Shown here: positions 28,303-39,552 of the stretch, in pieces | How positions within the stretch are numbered: the stretch's first letter is position 1 | How the letters are laid out: every line of letters starts with the position of its first letter | Source of the DNA: Candidatus Aenigmatarchaeota archaeon | GTDB taxonomy: Archaea > Aenigmatarchaeota > Aenigmatarchaeia > CG10238-14 > SpSt-28 | Direction of reading: 5' to 3' | DNA length: 42,379 nucleotides | Assembly (NCBI GenBank): GCA_039000985.1 | Contig: JAWBMD010000007.1 | Span: forward strand, 1-42,379 | Program-made: the position numbers and the translations under genes | The notes under the pieces: model-generated | Told to the model about the DNA's origin: nothing | What the model saw: only the letters and a program-made list of their open reading frames with translations | Database searches by the model: none

Positions 28303-30557
28303 ACAGCTATTGGCAATTCTTTTCTTCTACCAATAATAGATAAAATTATTACAATAGCTATTATTATAACTACAGTAATTACCCCAATTAAAAAAATTGG
28401 TTGAGCTATTGTTTTTGTATTTTTTTCATATTTTTTTGCATTAATAATTTTTTCCATGTTTTCTATTTTACTTTTTATATTTTCAATTGATGTTATTAAA
28501 TTTTCATATTCTTCTATTGCTTTTTTGTAATTTTTTTTATCAAGTAAAGATTTAATTTTAGCAAGAGATTCTTGAGATTCTCCAATTAGCATGCTTGCTT
28601 CACTTGTATCAATAGTTAAACCAAGATTACTACTCTCTTGAATAATAAAGGAAAGTTTATCTTTTAATGCTTGGATTTGAGAATTTAAATCATATATTTT
28701 TTCTGTTAAATCCTTGTATATACTAATACTAACTTGAAATGATACATTTTCTCCATCATAAAAAATAGTAATCATACCACTTTTTTTATCAACATTTTCA
28801 ATATTTTTATAGTTTTTTGTATTTATGTTAATTAAAGCTTTGCTTTTAGAATTACCATCTATTATTTTGTTTTCTATTGTTAAGCTAACTAACTCTTTTA
28901 TCTCCCTATCAATTTCTACATTTTTTATTTCTAAGCTTCCTTCTCCATTGTTAATTAACTCTATTTGAAAAGATTGTTCTCTGTTTTCAGCAATTTCATA
29001 TTCATAAAATTTTTCTGTAGATAAAATACCTTTTAATTTAAGATTAACAATAATTGGCAAGTAATCAGTTTTACCATCATAAACGGCTTTTATAATTGCT
29101 TGATATTTTCCTTCTTTAATTTCTTTGCCAAATAAAATTCTTATTGTAATTTCCTTGCTTTCATCTTTGTTTAAATAAAAGCTATCGTTAGAAAAAGTTA
29201 ACCAGTTTACATTAGAACTAAGATTAATTTGAAGAGGAGAGGTACCTGTATTATTTACTATTAAAATAACTTCGGCACTTCCACTTTCATTTACAAATAT
29301 TTCGGGTTTTTCTAATTTTAATGAAATATTTTTTTGTGGTGGTAAGTAAAATGAAAAATTCAAAAAATCAATATCTTCATTACTATAAGCTGTTATATTA
29401 ACCTCATAATTTCCATAATCGCTTTTATTTAATTCTATAGAAAAAAAGAAAGTTCCAGTATTGTTTTCTATTTTTGTTTGTTTAATTTTTTTGCTTGGAG
29501 GAATTATAGTTATATTAGCAGTTGTATCAGTAACATAACCATCCTTGCCTATTGTTGCAAACTTTAATGAAAGAGTAGAATTTTCATTTAAAAGCTCATA
29601 GTCAAAATCTTTAATTAAAAATCGCTTTAGATTAAAAGTTAAATTAGATGAAGCTAGGTTAGCAGGTATTCCTTCCTCACTTACAAAAGCTGTTGCTATG
29701 TAAGTTCCTATAGGATCATTTGAATAAGTTTTATATTCAGCACTCTTATTTAATCCAGATCCTATAAAAGTAAAGTATTCTTTATTGCCAAGTGGATTTG
29801 TTATATATCCAATTATATTAATCTCAGTTATATTAACAGAAGCTTCTACAAGTAGTGGTATTTTTTCCTCTCTAAAGTATATCTTTTTTGGAGTATGTAT
29901 TTTTATTCCATAATCGCTAAAATTCAATAGCCAATCTATTGCAGAAAATAAAAGCTGGTCAATTATATTTGATTCAGAAGTATTTATCCCCCAATAAACA
30001 AATCTAAATGTTAAATTGTTAGCAAAATATAGTGTGCAATTATTTGATAAGGTTTTTACTAAGCATTCTAATGAAGTTTCTGTTTCTTCAAAATCATATA
30101 TAAATGCTTTGTCCTCTATTCCAAGTGAGTATTCTCCAATTTCATAATTTTTAGTAATTGGGTGCTTTTTCACAATTTTTATACTGTTCGTTGTTACATT
30201 TTCGCCTTCTGTTGCTTTTAAAAGAATTGCATGAAATTTTGAGTTATCTTTTGTAAAATTATTTTTTACAATTTCTGTTATAATATTTTGTGGATAACCC
30301 GTTTTGCTAATTATTGCCAAATCATATTTTTTATAGTTCGAGATCCATTCTTTATTATTGAAAATAATAAATGAATCTGGAACAATACTTACGTTTATGT
30401 ATTTTGTTTTTATTTTATCAAAGTAATTAAATTCGTTTGGATATAATGAATTTAAATCTGTTCTTCCAGTAGCATTAACAATAAAAGCTATTTCATAAGA
30501 AAAAGATATTGGCATTATCAAAATAATTATTGTAAGCAATAAGACTATTGATTTCAT
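28299..30557 (-). CDS. Large surface protein: signal peptide, Ig-like beta domains, coiled coil, C-terminal TM
   Basis: Hydrophobic termini, NxS/T-rich, NTG/NNG Ig-like motifs. Confidence 0.7.
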   Translation of the reverse strand: MKSIVLLLTIIILIMPISFSYEIAFIVNATGRTDLNSLYPNEFNYFDKIKTKYINVSIVPDSFIIFNNKEWISNYKKYDLAIISKTGYPQNIITEIVKNNFTKDNSKFHAILLKATEGENVTTNSIKIVKKHPITKNYEIGEYSLGIEDKAFIYDFEETETSLECLVKTLSNNCTLYFANNLTFRFVYWGINTSESNIIDQLLFSAIDWLLNFSDYGIKIHTPKKIYFREEKIPLLVEASVNITEINIIGYITNPLGNKEYFTFIGSGLNKSAEYKTYSNDPIGTYIATAFVSEEGIPANLASSNLTFNLKRFLIKDFDYELLNENSTLSLKFATIGKDGYVTDTTANITIIPPSKKIKQTKIENNTGTFFFSIELNKSDYGNYEVNITAYSNEDIDFLNFSFYLPPQKNISLKLEKPEIFVNESGSAEVILIVNNTGTSPLQINLSSNVNWLTFSNDSFYLNKDESKEITIRILFGKEIKEGKYQAIIKAVYDGKTDYLPIIVNLKLKGILSTEKFYEYEIAENREQSFQIELINNGEGSLEIKNVEIDREIKELVSLTIENKIIDGNSKSKALININTKNYKNIENVDKKSGMITIFYDGENVSFQVSISIYKDLTEKIYDLNSQIQALKDKLSFIIQESSNLGLTIDTSEASMLIGESQESLAKIKSLLDKKNYKKAIEEYENLITSIENIKSKIENMEKIINAKKYEKNTKTIAQPIFLIGVITVVIIIAIVIILSIIGRRKELPIAV

Positions 30558-30587
30558 AAATAATTATCTTCTATAAATAATAAATTA

Positions 30588-30773
30588 ATGGGGAGGGTTA
30601 GGACATCAATGGTAAAAAACATTGCCGAGAAAGTTTTTGCTGAGCATAGGAAAAAGTTTACAAAAGATTTTAATCATAATAAAAAAGTTTTGGAGAGCTT
30701 AGTAAATATAAAATCAAAAACTTTAAGAAATAGAATAGCTGGCTATATAACTTCTTTAGTTACTCGTGAATGA
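30588..30773 (+). CDS. rps17e: 30S ribosomal protein eS17
   Basis: MGRVRT, DFNHNK, RNRIAGYIT. Confidence 0.97.
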   Translation: MGRVRTSMVKNIAEKVFAEHRKKFTKDFNHNKKVLESLVNIKSKTLRNRIAGYITSLVTRE

Positions 30774-31869
30774 ATTTATATACTTCTTCAAAATTTGTTA
30801 ACCTATTTTCAACTATATATTCAATTTTTCCCCCTCTTTTTATTAATTCTTCTTTTATTTTCTCCATGCTTATGTTAAAATATTTATGCAGCTTTTCAAA
30901 AAAATAAATTTTAGTATTTGTGAATTTTAACTCATTTCCATCATGAAAAAATAAATTGTTTATTGTTGGTTTTCCGTATTCAAAGCTGGCTACTTCACTT
31001 ATTTCGTAAACATATTTTCTGTTTTCACTTCTTCTCATTATTATTATTAAATCCAAATTTCTAACTAAACCAGGATTTATAGAAAAAGGTTCTGTTGTTA
31101 ATCTATTTATTAAATCAAATGATTTTAAAGCAAATGAGGTTGAGATACAACCATTTAATCCTCCACCAATAAAATTGAAAAATATTTCAGCATCTTCTTT
31201 ATTTCTGATTTCTCCATATATTAATCTATCTGGTCTTACTCTGTATATTATATTGTTAATTTCTTTTAAATCAACATCTCTTTTTAATATTGGTAACCAG
31301 TTTGTTAATGGTAATCTTAATTCATATACATCTTCAACACTAACTATTCTTTCTTCTTTGTTTATAAAAAGAGAAAGCATATTTAAAAATGATGTTTTAC
31401 CAGAGCCAGGTTGTCCAGCAATTATTATATTAGCTGGCTTCAGCTTTAATCCATCAACAAAAATCCATAAATATGCTAAAGCACTTTTTGTAATTGTTCC
31501 ATTTTCTATCATTTCAAAAATTGAAATTGGTACTTTTCTAAATTTTCTTATAGCTATAGAAATTTTTCTTGTTAGTGGAGGAAGAACTACTGTAATTCTT
31601 AAGTTATCAAAATAAAAACTTCCATGTTTTGTTTTTTCTAGATCGATTGGTAATGTAGTTAAAATAGATTGAAGTTTTTCTTCATCTATATGAAAATCTA
31701 TTTCAGAATAACCAAATTTGCTATCATATACTTTGACTTTGTTATTTTCGCTATCATAGATAACATCCTCAACTGTTTCTTTTTCTAAAAAACTTGAAAA
31801 AATATTAATTAGTTCTTTCACAAAATTATCCAATATATCTTTGTTCTTCTTTTTCCCCTCTTTCCTCAA
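30760..31869 (-). CDS. Type II/IV secretion-type (VirB11/CpaF/FlaI-like) ATPase; start uncertain (TTG 31869 or 31833)
   Basis: [31 protein letters not shown]. Confidence 0.85.
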   Translation of the reverse strand: MRKEGKKKNKDILDNFVKELINIFSSFLEKETVEDVIYDSENNKVKVYDSKFGYSEIDFHIDEEKLQSILTTLPIDLEKTKHGSFYFDNLRITVVLPPLTRKISIAIRKFRKVPISIFEMIENGTITKSALAYLWIFVDGLKLKPANIIIAGQPGSGKTSFLNMLSLFINKEERIVSVEDVYELRLPLTNWLPILKRDVDLKEINNIIYRVRPDRLIYGEIRNKEDAEIFFNFIGGGLNGCISTSFALKSFDLINRLTTEPFSINPGLVRNLDLIIIMRRSENRKYVYEISEVASFEYGKPTINNLFFHDGNELKFTNTKIYFFEKLHKYFNISMEKIKEELIKRGGKIEYIVENRLTNFEEVYKFIHE

Positions 31870-34800
31870 TCATAGATTTTTTTCTTTCCTCAAATTTTTT
31901 ATAATATTCTATCATTTCCTTAGTTAAGCTTGGTCCAATTTTTTTAAGAGCTTCTTCAAAATGTATTTTTTTAACTTCTTTTGCATTTATATCTTCTCTC
32001 AAGGCACTCATTGCAGCTTCTTTTACTAAAGCTTCTAAATCAGCTCCACTATAATTTTCTGTTTTGCTAGCTATTTCTTCTAAATCAACATCTTTAGCTA
32101 ATGGCATGTTTTTTGTATGTATTTTTAATATTTCTAATCTTGCTTGTTTATCTGGAGGTGGAATAAAAATTAGTTTATCAAATCTGCCAGGTCTTAATAA
32201 AGCTGGGTCAACTAAATCTGGCCTATTAGTTGCTGCTATTATAACAACATTTTTTATATCGGTTATTCCAGACATTTCTGTTAATAATTGGGAAACAATT
32301 CTTTCAGTTGCTTCATGTAGAGCATATCCTCTCCTAGGAGCTAATGCATCTATTTCATCAAAAAATATTATTGCTGGAGCTACTTGTCTTGCTCTTCTAA
32401 ATAATTCCCTAATTCTTTGTTCGGAGTTATGAACTAAAACACAACCAAAGCCAGCAATAAATCTTTCTGTTGGATTAATTCCAATATCATATACATATGG
32501 AAAGTTATAGGGAACTTTCTTTTTTTCAACTACAAGATCCCAATAAATATCTTTTTCAATAAATCTTTCTGGGCTCAGTTTCTTTCTTTTAATATGAATG
32601 CTTTTTAGGTAATTTTTTATTTTATAATTTTTTTCATTGTCAATAAATCCAATTTTTTCAACAAATGTTTCCATGAATTTACTCCATGTTATACAAATTC
32701 TATAACTTAATGTTCCATTCCATTCCTTTTTTCTATAGTATCTTGCTACAATTCCAAAATATAAAAGTAATGTTAATATATTATTTGCAAGCCTTTTACT
32801 TATTGTTGAAACTTCAATTGTTCTTTTTCCAACATATCCATCCCCATTGAAATAACCTCTTAAGAAAGCAGCGATATTCCTAAGAGATAATCCAAAAACA
32901 ATTGGAGGAACTCTTTTGTTTTTTGCACCACTTTTCAATCCTAAAATCTTTTCTAAGAAAATTCTCAACACCTTTGAGTTTATAATAATATCAGTTCCAT
33001 TTCCTTTATTATAAACTGTTACATGACCAAACAATTTTTGAATTAGTTTTTTGATTTTAGTTTCTTTTTTCGAAATGCTTAATCTCAAGCTTGTTTTTCT
33101 TAAAAATGCTCCTTCAGCGACCCATAATCCTAAAAATGTGCAAAACTCTTCTGAAAACTCAAATAATGCTGGTATTTGATTTACAGAAAAATAAGAGCTG
33201 ATTTTAAGTTTTTTTGGGTTAAAATTAGTTTTTGATATTTCCATAAGTTTAAGGAATTTAGATACTCTAAGAGCACCTCCTTTTAAATAATAATATAAGT
33301 CTCTTTCTTTTATTCCCAAAATTTTTGCAGCTTTCTTTCTTCCAATTTTTTTAACTGCTTTATTTGTATAATAAACGTGATTTCTTATGTAAAGATTGTA
33401 ATCATTTTTTCTAAGGAAATCTAATATATTAATTGAGTTAATTGATTCTGGTGCAATAAGCTTGCGAGGAATAGCTATTCTACTTTCTCGAGGTATCAAA
33501 AATTCAGCTTTCACTTCTTTTAGTTCCCCATTCCATTTTGTAAATAAACTATGATCCCCAGTTACCTTAACTTCTCTTCCAGTTTCTGTTTTTATTATAT
33601 AAAGATAAGGTGGAGCAATATGTTTAAAGTAATTAATTACTTTTGAATTTTTTGCTTTAAAATCATCAGTTATGGTTGGAGCAATTATGTTTTCTCCATT
33701 CTTTTTTTCAACAATTTTATAAATTTTCTCAAATTTAGAAATTCCATTTTCTATTATTAGTACATTTTCATTATAGGGCAAGCTTTCCCCAAACCATTTT
33801 GAAAGAAGTTCAGGTCCTTTAACAGCTATAAAGTTTGCTCCACTTTCATTAGCTACAGCTTTAGCAAGCAAAGTTTTTCCAGTGCCAGGAGGACCATAAA
33901 GCAAAATTCCTTTTGGAGGTTCTATACCAATTCTTTCAAAAGATTCTCTATATTTCAAAGGCCACTCAATCATTTCTCTTAATGTTTTTTTAACTTCTTC
34001 TAATCCACCAATATCTTCCCATTTTACTTTTGGAACTTCTACAAGAACTTCTCTCATAGCACTTGGTTCAACCATTTTTAAAGCGTTTTCAAAATCCCTC
34101 CAAGTTACAAATATTTTTGATAATTCTTCTTCGCTAAGTTTTTCTTCTTCTTTCCATTTTATTTGTGGTAATACTCTTCTCAAAGCACTCATAGCAGCTT
34201 CTCTAGCTAAAGCAGCTAAATCTGCTCCAACATAACCATGTGTCATTTCAGCCAATTTCCTCAATATTTTTTCTCTCAAAGATTTTTCTAAATTATTTGA
34301 TTCTTCTTTATCAAGCTCTTTATAAATTATTTCCCTTATTTCAATTTCATCATCTATTTTGCTTATTTTTTTTATCAAATCATCTTTCTTCATTTTCGAT
34401 AGCTCCTCTATTGTTAATGTTTTTTCAAATGGATTAATTGGCATGTTTCTTGTATGTATTACTAAAATTTCATATCTACCATTAGTATCTGGGACAGGAA
34501 ATTCTATCTCTCTATCAAATCTTCCAGGTCTTCTCAAAGCAGGGTCTACACTATTTGGTCTGTTAGTTGCAGCTATAACAACAACTTTTCCTCTACTTTT
34601 TAATCCATCCATTAATGTTAGCAATGTTGATACTATTCTTCTTTCTACTTCTCCAGTAACTTCCTCCCTTTTTGGTGCTATTGCATCTATTTCATCAAAG
34701 AAAATTATAGATGGAGCAGTTTTTTCAGCTTCTTCGAAAATTTTTCTTAAGTTGGCTTCAGATTCACCATAAAATTTTGATAAAAATTCAGGACCACTAA

Positions 34801-35596
34801 CAGCTATAAAGTTTGCTCCACTTTCATTAGCTACAGCTTTAGCAAGCAAAGTTTTTCCAGTGCCAGGAGGACCATAAAGCAAAATTCCTTTTGGAGCATC
34901 TATACCAAGTCTATCAAAAAGCTCAGGATGTCTTAAAGGCAATTCTATCATTTCCCTAACTTTTTCAATTATTGGTTTAATTCCACCTATATCTTCATAT
35001 GTTACTGTTGGTACTTTTCCTTCTTTTAGTATTTCTGGTACTTCTTTCAAAACTTCTATTTCTGTTTCTTCAGTTATTATAACAAATCCAGGTGGGTCTG
35101 TGTTTGTAACAATAAATCTATTCTCAGATGATGGTATAAAGAATTCTTCTATATCAAATGGAAATGGAAATTCTGAATAAAAAGCACTTCTCCTTCTCCC
35201 TATTGAAATTAAATCTCCCTTACCAACAGGCCTTCCTATTAATGCTCTTTTTGCATAGGATGATGAAATTATTGGAGTACCTTTTGTAGCAGGTGCTATT
35301 ACAACTCTCCTCGCTTCTTTTACTTCTGGCTTTCTAACTTTAACATATTCTCCAATAGCACCACCACAATTTTTTCTTGTTATACCATCCATTCTTATTA
35401 TATTTAAACCTTTATCAGCTGGATAAGATCTATATGCAATTGCCACAGTTTTTCTTTTATTTTCTATTTCTATTGGTTCACCCTCTTTTATACCAAGCCT
35501 TTGCAGTATTGAGGAATCTAATCTAACAATTCCCAATCCAAATTCATCTCTAGATGATAATTCACCAACTTTTAATTTAATTTCTTCTTCTTTCAT
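31826..35596 (-). CDS. cdc48: CDC48/VCP-like AAA ATPase containing an intein
   Basis: Double-psi N domain, two [26 protein letters not shown]. Confidence 0.97.
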   Translation of the reverse strand: MKEEEIKLKVGELSSRDEFGLGIVRLDSSILQRLGIKEGEPIEIENKRKTVAIAYRSYPADKGLNIIRMDGITRKNCGGAIGEYVKVRKPEVKEARRVVIAPATKGTPIISSSYAKRALIGRPVGKGDLISIGRRRSAFYSEFPFPFDIEEFFIPSSENRFIVTNTDPPGFVIITEETEIEVLKEVPEILKEGKVPTVTYEDIGGIKPIIEKVREMIELPLRHPELFDRLGIDAPKGILLYGPPGTGKTLLAKAVANESGANFIAVSGPEFLSKFYGESEANLRKIFEEAEKTAPSIIFFDEIDAIAPKREEVTGEVERRIVSTLLTLMDGLKSRGKVVVIAATNRPNSVDPALRRPGRFDREIEFPVPDTNGRYEILVIHTRNMPINPFEKTLTIEELSKMKKDDLIKKISKIDDEIEIREIIYKELDKEESNNLEKSLREKILRKLAEMTHGYVGADLAALAREAAMSALRRVLPQIKWKEEEKLSEEELSKIFVTWRDFENALKMVEPSAMREVLVEVPKVKWEDIGGLEEVKKTLREMIEWPLKYRESFERIGIEPPKGILLYGPPGTGKTLLAKAVANESGANFIAVKGPELLSKWFGESLPYNENVLIIENGISKFEKIYKIVEKKNGENIIAPTITDDFKAKNSKVINYFKHIAPPYLYIIKTETGREVKVTGDHSLFTKWNGELKEVKAEFLIPRESRIAIPRKLIAPESINSINILDFLRKNDYNLYIRNHVYYTNKAVKKIGRKKAAKILGIKERDLYYYLKGGALRVSKFLKLMEISKTNFNPKKLKISSYFSVNQIPALFEFSEEFCTFLGLWVAEGAFLRKTSLRLSISKKETKIKKLIQKLFGHVTVYNKGNGTDIIINSKVLRIFLEKILGLKSGAKNKRVPPIVFGLSLRNIAAFLRGYFNGDGYVGKRTIEVSTISKRLANNILTLLLYFGIVARYYRKKEWNGTLSYRICITWSKFMETFVEKIGFIDNEKNYKIKNYLKSIHIKRKKLSPERFIEKDIYWDLVVEKKKVPYNFPYVYDIGINPTERFIAGFGCVLVHNSEQRIRELFRRARQVAPAIIFFDEIDALAPRRGYALHEATERIVSQLLTEMSGITDIKNVVIIAATNRPDLVDPALLRPGRFDKLIFIPPPDKQARLEILKIHTKNMPLAKDVDLEEIASKTENYSGADLEALVKEAAMSALREDINAKEVKKIHFEEALKKIGPSLTKEMIEYYKKFEERKKSMIEERGEKEEQRYIG
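32426..33784 (-). mobile_element. Intein (453 aa, Ser1) with LAGLIDADG homing endonuclease in the CDC48 D2 domain
   Basis: [11 protein letters not shown]..., [38 protein letters not shown]. Confidence 0.93.
33820..33918 (-). repeat. 99-bp perfect repeat, D2 copy
   Basis: Identical to 34798..34896. Confidence 0.95.
34798..34896 (-). repeat. 99-bp perfect repeat, D1 copy
   Basis: Identical to 33820..33918. Confidence 0.95.
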
Positions 35597-35620
35597 TAAT
35601 TATTTTTAAAGATTTTCAAT

Positions 35621-35899
35621 TTAAATGTAAAAAGATAAAGGGGAGAAAGTTTTGTCAAAAAGATCTTTTGCTAGGATTTCTGTTATTATTCTTGTTTTAT
35701 ATTCATCCTCATCATGAATTAGCTCATGTAGTCTAACATAATCTATATCTTCTTCTCTAACGAGCGGAGAAATAAAAATTATGGGTGGAGCACCATAGAT
35801 ATGTGAATACGGTTCTCCTATCCTCATCCCCAATATGTCATTGCCAAGATAGGTTCTAAATGTATAAGAGTTACTTTCTGGATCGTACATTGTATACAA
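35621..35899 (-). CDS. Small hypothetical protein with an HExxH zincin-like motif (start may be ATG 35890)
   Basis: VRLHELIHDEDEY. Confidence 0.6.
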   Translation of the reverse strand: MYTMYDPESNSYTFRTYLGNDILGMRIGEPYSHIYGAPPIIFISPLVREEDIDYVRLHELIHDEDEYKTRIITEILAKDLFDKTFSPLSFYI

Positions 35900-35928
35900 T
35901 TATAATATCTTGCAACACTATTTATATT

Positions 35929-36924
35929 TTAAATAAAGTCAGGGTGAAAAAGAGAAGCAAGTTTATATATACTAAAAAGCTTTATGATTTTATTTAGTTT
36001 TATTAACTTTTTTGCAGTTTTACCAATAAACAATGGAATTTTAAAGAATTTTTCTGTTAATATTTTGTATTCTTTTAAGTCTAATTCTTTAGAAATTACT
36101 TCAGAAGCAATTTTGCTTGTTATTACCGAGTAAGTTATTCCGCCCAAGCTAAAAGGTTTTACTATTCCACTAGCTTCCCCAATTAGCAATACATTTCCTT
36201 TTTGTAATGAGGTTTTTCCTATTTTTATTAAATCCGCATATTTGTAAATTAATTGACCAGTTATTCTTTTGTTAAAATTTTTGTTAATATGTTTATCAAT
36301 ATACCCAATTTTCATTCTTTTATCATAGTATATTTTCCATAAAAAATGTGTTTTCGAATATTCTTTTCCAAAATAGAGTTCTATTGATTTGTTTTCATTT
36401 TTAGTTTCAACTATAGCTTCCTCGCTAATGAAAAACGAAACATTTTCATTCATTTTAAACCATTTCGAAACTATTGAAAATGTACCATCAGCACCTATTA
36501 ATAAATCATATTCAAATTTTCCTTTATTTGTTATTACATAATTGTTTTTAAAGCTAATAGCTATTGTATTTAAAAATATTTTTGGTTTTATTAATGTTTG
36601 AGTTAGTTCCAATATTTGCTTATCGACCAAATCTCTTTTTACAATATTCATTTCCGATTTTTTAGAAAATATTCTAAATTTGCTATTTCCAAAAATAAAA
36701 TCAGCATATCTAAAACTTTCTTCAACGAGCATTTCTTTATCTAAAGGAATTAACTCAAAAATTTTATTGCTTATTAGTCCGCTATCTTTTATTGGTTTTC
36801 CTATTTCTTTTTTCATATCTATTAAAATACAATCTATTCCATTTTTAGCTAAAAAATATTGAAATGATAAACCAGCTATGCCAGCTCCAATAACAACAAT
36901 TTTATTTGCCAAATTTCCTTTCAA
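35929..36924 (-). CDS. FAD-dependent oxidoreductase, geranylgeranyl reductase family
   Basis: GAGIAG, LIGADG..S.V, LLIGEASG.VKPFSLGGI. Confidence 0.85.
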   Translation of the reverse strand: MKGNLANKIVVIGAGIAGLSFQYFLAKNGIDCILIDMKKEIGKPIKDSGLISNKIFELIPLDKEMLVEESFRYADFIFGNSKFRIFSKKSEMNIVKRDLVDKQILELTQTLIKPKIFLNTIAISFKNNYVITNKGKFEYDLLIGADGTFSIVSKWFKMNENVSFFISEEAIVETKNENKSIELYFGKEYSKTHFLWKIYYDKRMKIGYIDKHINKNFNKRITGQLIYKYADLIKIGKTSLQKGNVLLIGEASGIVKPFSLGGITYSVITSKIASEVISKELDLKEYKILTEKFFKIPLFIGKTAKKLIKLNKIIKLFSIYKLASLFHPDFI

Positions 36925-37555
36925 TAGAGTTATAAAATTTTATTGCTCTTATTAAATCGCTTTTTTGAATATCTGGCCAAAGTTTTTTTGTTACATATAT
37001 TTCTGCATAGCTAGCTCTTATTAAGTTAAAATCAGATAATCTACTATATCCACCAGTTCTTATTACAAGATCTATTTTGTCGGAAAATCTTTTTTCTAAA
37101 TGTTTGAATGATAATCTCTTTTTTTCTTTTAAAATTGAAATTAATTCATGTAAAGTAGAGTAACCAATTAGCAAATTCAATATTCTTTTAGAATATTTTG
37201 AAGATTTTCTTACTACTTTTAAAATTATTCTCAAAACATTTTTTGGTATTAAGCTTTTGTCTCCAATAAAATTAACTCTAACTTCCTCTTCCTCTATTCT
37301 TTTTTCTAACTTTAAAAGAAAATCGACCAATAGCTTAAATATTCCTTTTACTTCTTTTCTACTTCTTTTTAAAATGTTATCTCTCGATAAAATATAAATG
37401 GTAACTGTTTTTATTCCAAGCTCTTTACACCATTCTAAAAATTTTTCTATTTTTTCAGCACCTTTTTTATGACCATAAAATATATCTAATCCTCTTTTTC
37501 TGGCCCATCTTCTATTACCATCTGGAATTACTCCTATGTGCAAAGGAATGTTCAT
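36902..37555 (-). CDS. uppS: cis-prenyltransferase (polyprenyl diphosphate synthase)
   Basis: HIGVIPDGNRRWA, GH..G, DLVIRTGG..RLSDF, LWPD, RKFGK. Confidence 0.93.
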   Translation of the reverse strand: MNIPLHIGVIPDGNRRWARKRGLDIFYGHKKGAEKIEKFLEWCKELGIKTVTIYILSRDNILKRSRKEVKGIFKLLVDFLLKLEKRIEEEEVRVNFIGDKSLIPKNVLRIILKVVRKSSKYSKRILNLLIGYSTLHELISILKEKKRLSFKHLEKRFSDKIDLVIRTGGYSRLSDFNLIRASYAEIYVTKKLWPDIQKSDLIRAIKFYNSIERKFGK

Positions 37556-38511
37556 TCTTCAGGATCTCTTATTCCTTCTTTCGTTATTAAAAATGTTACT
37601 TCCCCAGTTTCTAAGTTAGATGCATCTGCTAAACCAGCAATTCTCAAATTTCCTTTTGATTTTTTCAAGTAAATTCTATAATTTGATATATGTGCAATAG
37701 GAGTTCCTCCAACTGGTATTGTTGCATCTCCAAATATAACATCTGGTTTCATCATTACTTGATTTGTTACATAAACAGCTAAATTATAAGCATCCGCCAA
37801 TCTTTTTAACTTATGTAAGTGGCTATTAAGTTTTTGTTGTCTTTCTGCTAATTCTCCTCTACCAATGTATTCAGCTCTAAAATTTGCTGTTATACTATCA
37901 ACTACTATTAATCCAATATTTCTTTCTTTAATTATTTTTGGAGCATACTTTTCAACAACTTCCATTTGATGGGAAGCACTAGTAACTTTTGCAACAATTA
38001 TATTTTTCAAAACATTTTGAACATTCATTCCCAAGGCTTCAGTCATTTGTGATACTCTAAAAGATGAAAAAGTACCTTCAGTATCAATCCATAAGCAATT
38101 CCTCCCCAATCCACCTTCTTCTATTGCTCTTTGAACATTTACAGCTAATTGAAAACCAAGTTGAGTTTTCCCACTAGCAAAATGACCCCATGTTTCTGTT
38201 ATAGCTTGTGTCCAAACTCCACCACCAAGTAACCTATCTAAATTTTTAGAGCATGTTGTTATTCTTAATGCATTTTTTTCTCTTTCTAAAATAGATAAAC
38301 CATCTTCAAAAACAGTTAAACCAAGCAACTCTTTAGCTTTGCTTATTATTTTTTCTGCAACATCTTCACTAATGTCAGCAGCTCTAGCAATTTCTATTGG
38401 GCTAGAATGTGCAAGAGTTTGTAAATCCAAAATACCAATATCCATTAATTTTTTAGCAGTTTTTTCTCCAACACCAGGAATATCTTCTAATGTATATTCT
38501 TCTGTTGGCAT
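37552..38511 (-). CDS. radA: DNA repair and recombination protein RadA
   Basis: N-terminal HhH, LLGGG, ASGKTQ, IDTEGTF, VVDS, LAERQQKL, TNQV. Confidence 0.95.
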   Translation of the reverse strand: MPTEEYTLEDIPGVGEKTAKKLMDIGILDLQTLAHSSPIEIARAADISEDVAEKIISKAKELLGLTVFEDGLSILEREKNALRITTCSKNLDRLLGGGVWTQAITETWGHFASGKTQLGFQLAVNVQRAIEEGGLGRNCLWIDTEGTFSSFRVSQMTEALGMNVQNVLKNIIVAKVTSASHQMEVVEKYAPKIIKERNIGLIVVDSITANFRAEYIGRGELAERQQKLNSHLHKLKRLADAYNLAVYVTNQVMMKPDVIFGDATIPVGGTPIAHISNYRIYLKKSKGNLRIAGLADASNLETGEVTFLITKEGIRDPEE

Positions 38512-38549
38512 AATTTATTGTTAAGAAATAAATATAAATATTTATTGGA

Positions 38550-38652
38550 GCCCCCGTCGTCTAGACCGGTCAAGGATACAGCCCTTTCGATAAGAAAGGT
38601 TTGAAAAGTGAGAAGAAAGGCTGGGACACGGGTTCAAATCCCGTCGGGGGCA
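38550..38652 (+). tRNA. tRNA-Glu(TTC) with a 28-nt intron (38590..38617) at canonical position 37/38
   Basis: GCCCCCG/CGGGGGC acceptor stem, CAGCC..GGCTG anticodon stem, GGTTCAAATCC; CTTT/GAAG central helix with an AAA bulge. Confidence 0.9.
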
Positions 38653-39192
38653 ATTATTGTTTAAAAACTACAATGAAAATTTCTTAAGAGGTTTGTTTTT
38701 AGAATCAATAAATAAAGCTTTAGCTTTGGGTTATTAGATAGAGCAAATTTTAACTGAAACTTTATAGGCTCGAAACAAATAACTTATGTATTGCTGTGTT
38801 AGAAAGATTTTTAATTTTGGTTCAGCGTTTTGTTGGCCAGAGCAAATTTAAAGAAAGTTAATAAAATAACAGTTCTTAGTTCAATATTCAAAATACAGAA
38901 AAGTTATGTTTACAGAGATGAATGGCAAAATTATATAAAAAGATTCTTTATTTCACATAAAATAAGAGATTATTATTAAAGCTAGAAAGCTGGAAAGAGC
39001 TATATCACAAGATTGAATACTTTACGAAACTGAGTTTTAAATATTAAAAAATAATAAGCACTATAAAACTGTTAAAATTAAAAGAAACCAAATCGACTTT
39101 ATGGGTCTCAAAAAAAGATAAAATTATAGATGTTGAAAATCAATAGGTTAAACTTATATTAAGTTATAATTTTCTAAAGTAAATAAAACTTT

Positions 39193-39552
39193 ATGGAGGA
39201 AAAGCTTTTTGAGAGAGCAAAGAGATTTTTAATAGATGCTGAAGATGACATAAAGAAAGGTTTTTTTGATCTCGCTGCCTTTCATTTAGAGCAATCTTTA
39301 CAGTTATTAATAAAATTTTTGCTTGCAAGAAAAGTTGGTTATTTTTCCAAAACCCATTCTTTAGAAGCTCTTAAAGAAGAAGTAAAAAAAGTTGAACCAA
39401 AGATTTTCGAACTATTAGAAAATAATAAGGATGTTGTAATAAATATGGAAAGAGCTTATATTGGTGCGAGGTATCTTTCTTTTGAATATTCAAAAGAAGA
39501 GATTAAAAAAATGTTAAAATTAGTGAAAAAAGCTTTTAAGTTAATTAAATGA
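39193..39552 (+). CDS. HEPN-domain protein
   Basis: DLAAFHLEQSLQLLIK, KTHSL, YIGARY. Confidence 0.9.
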   Translation: MEEKLFERAKRFLIDAEDDIKKGFFDLAAFHLEQSLQLLIKFLLARKVGYFSKTHSLEALKEEVKKVEPKIFELLENNKDVVINMERAYIGARYLSFEYSKEEIKKMLKLVKKAFKLIK

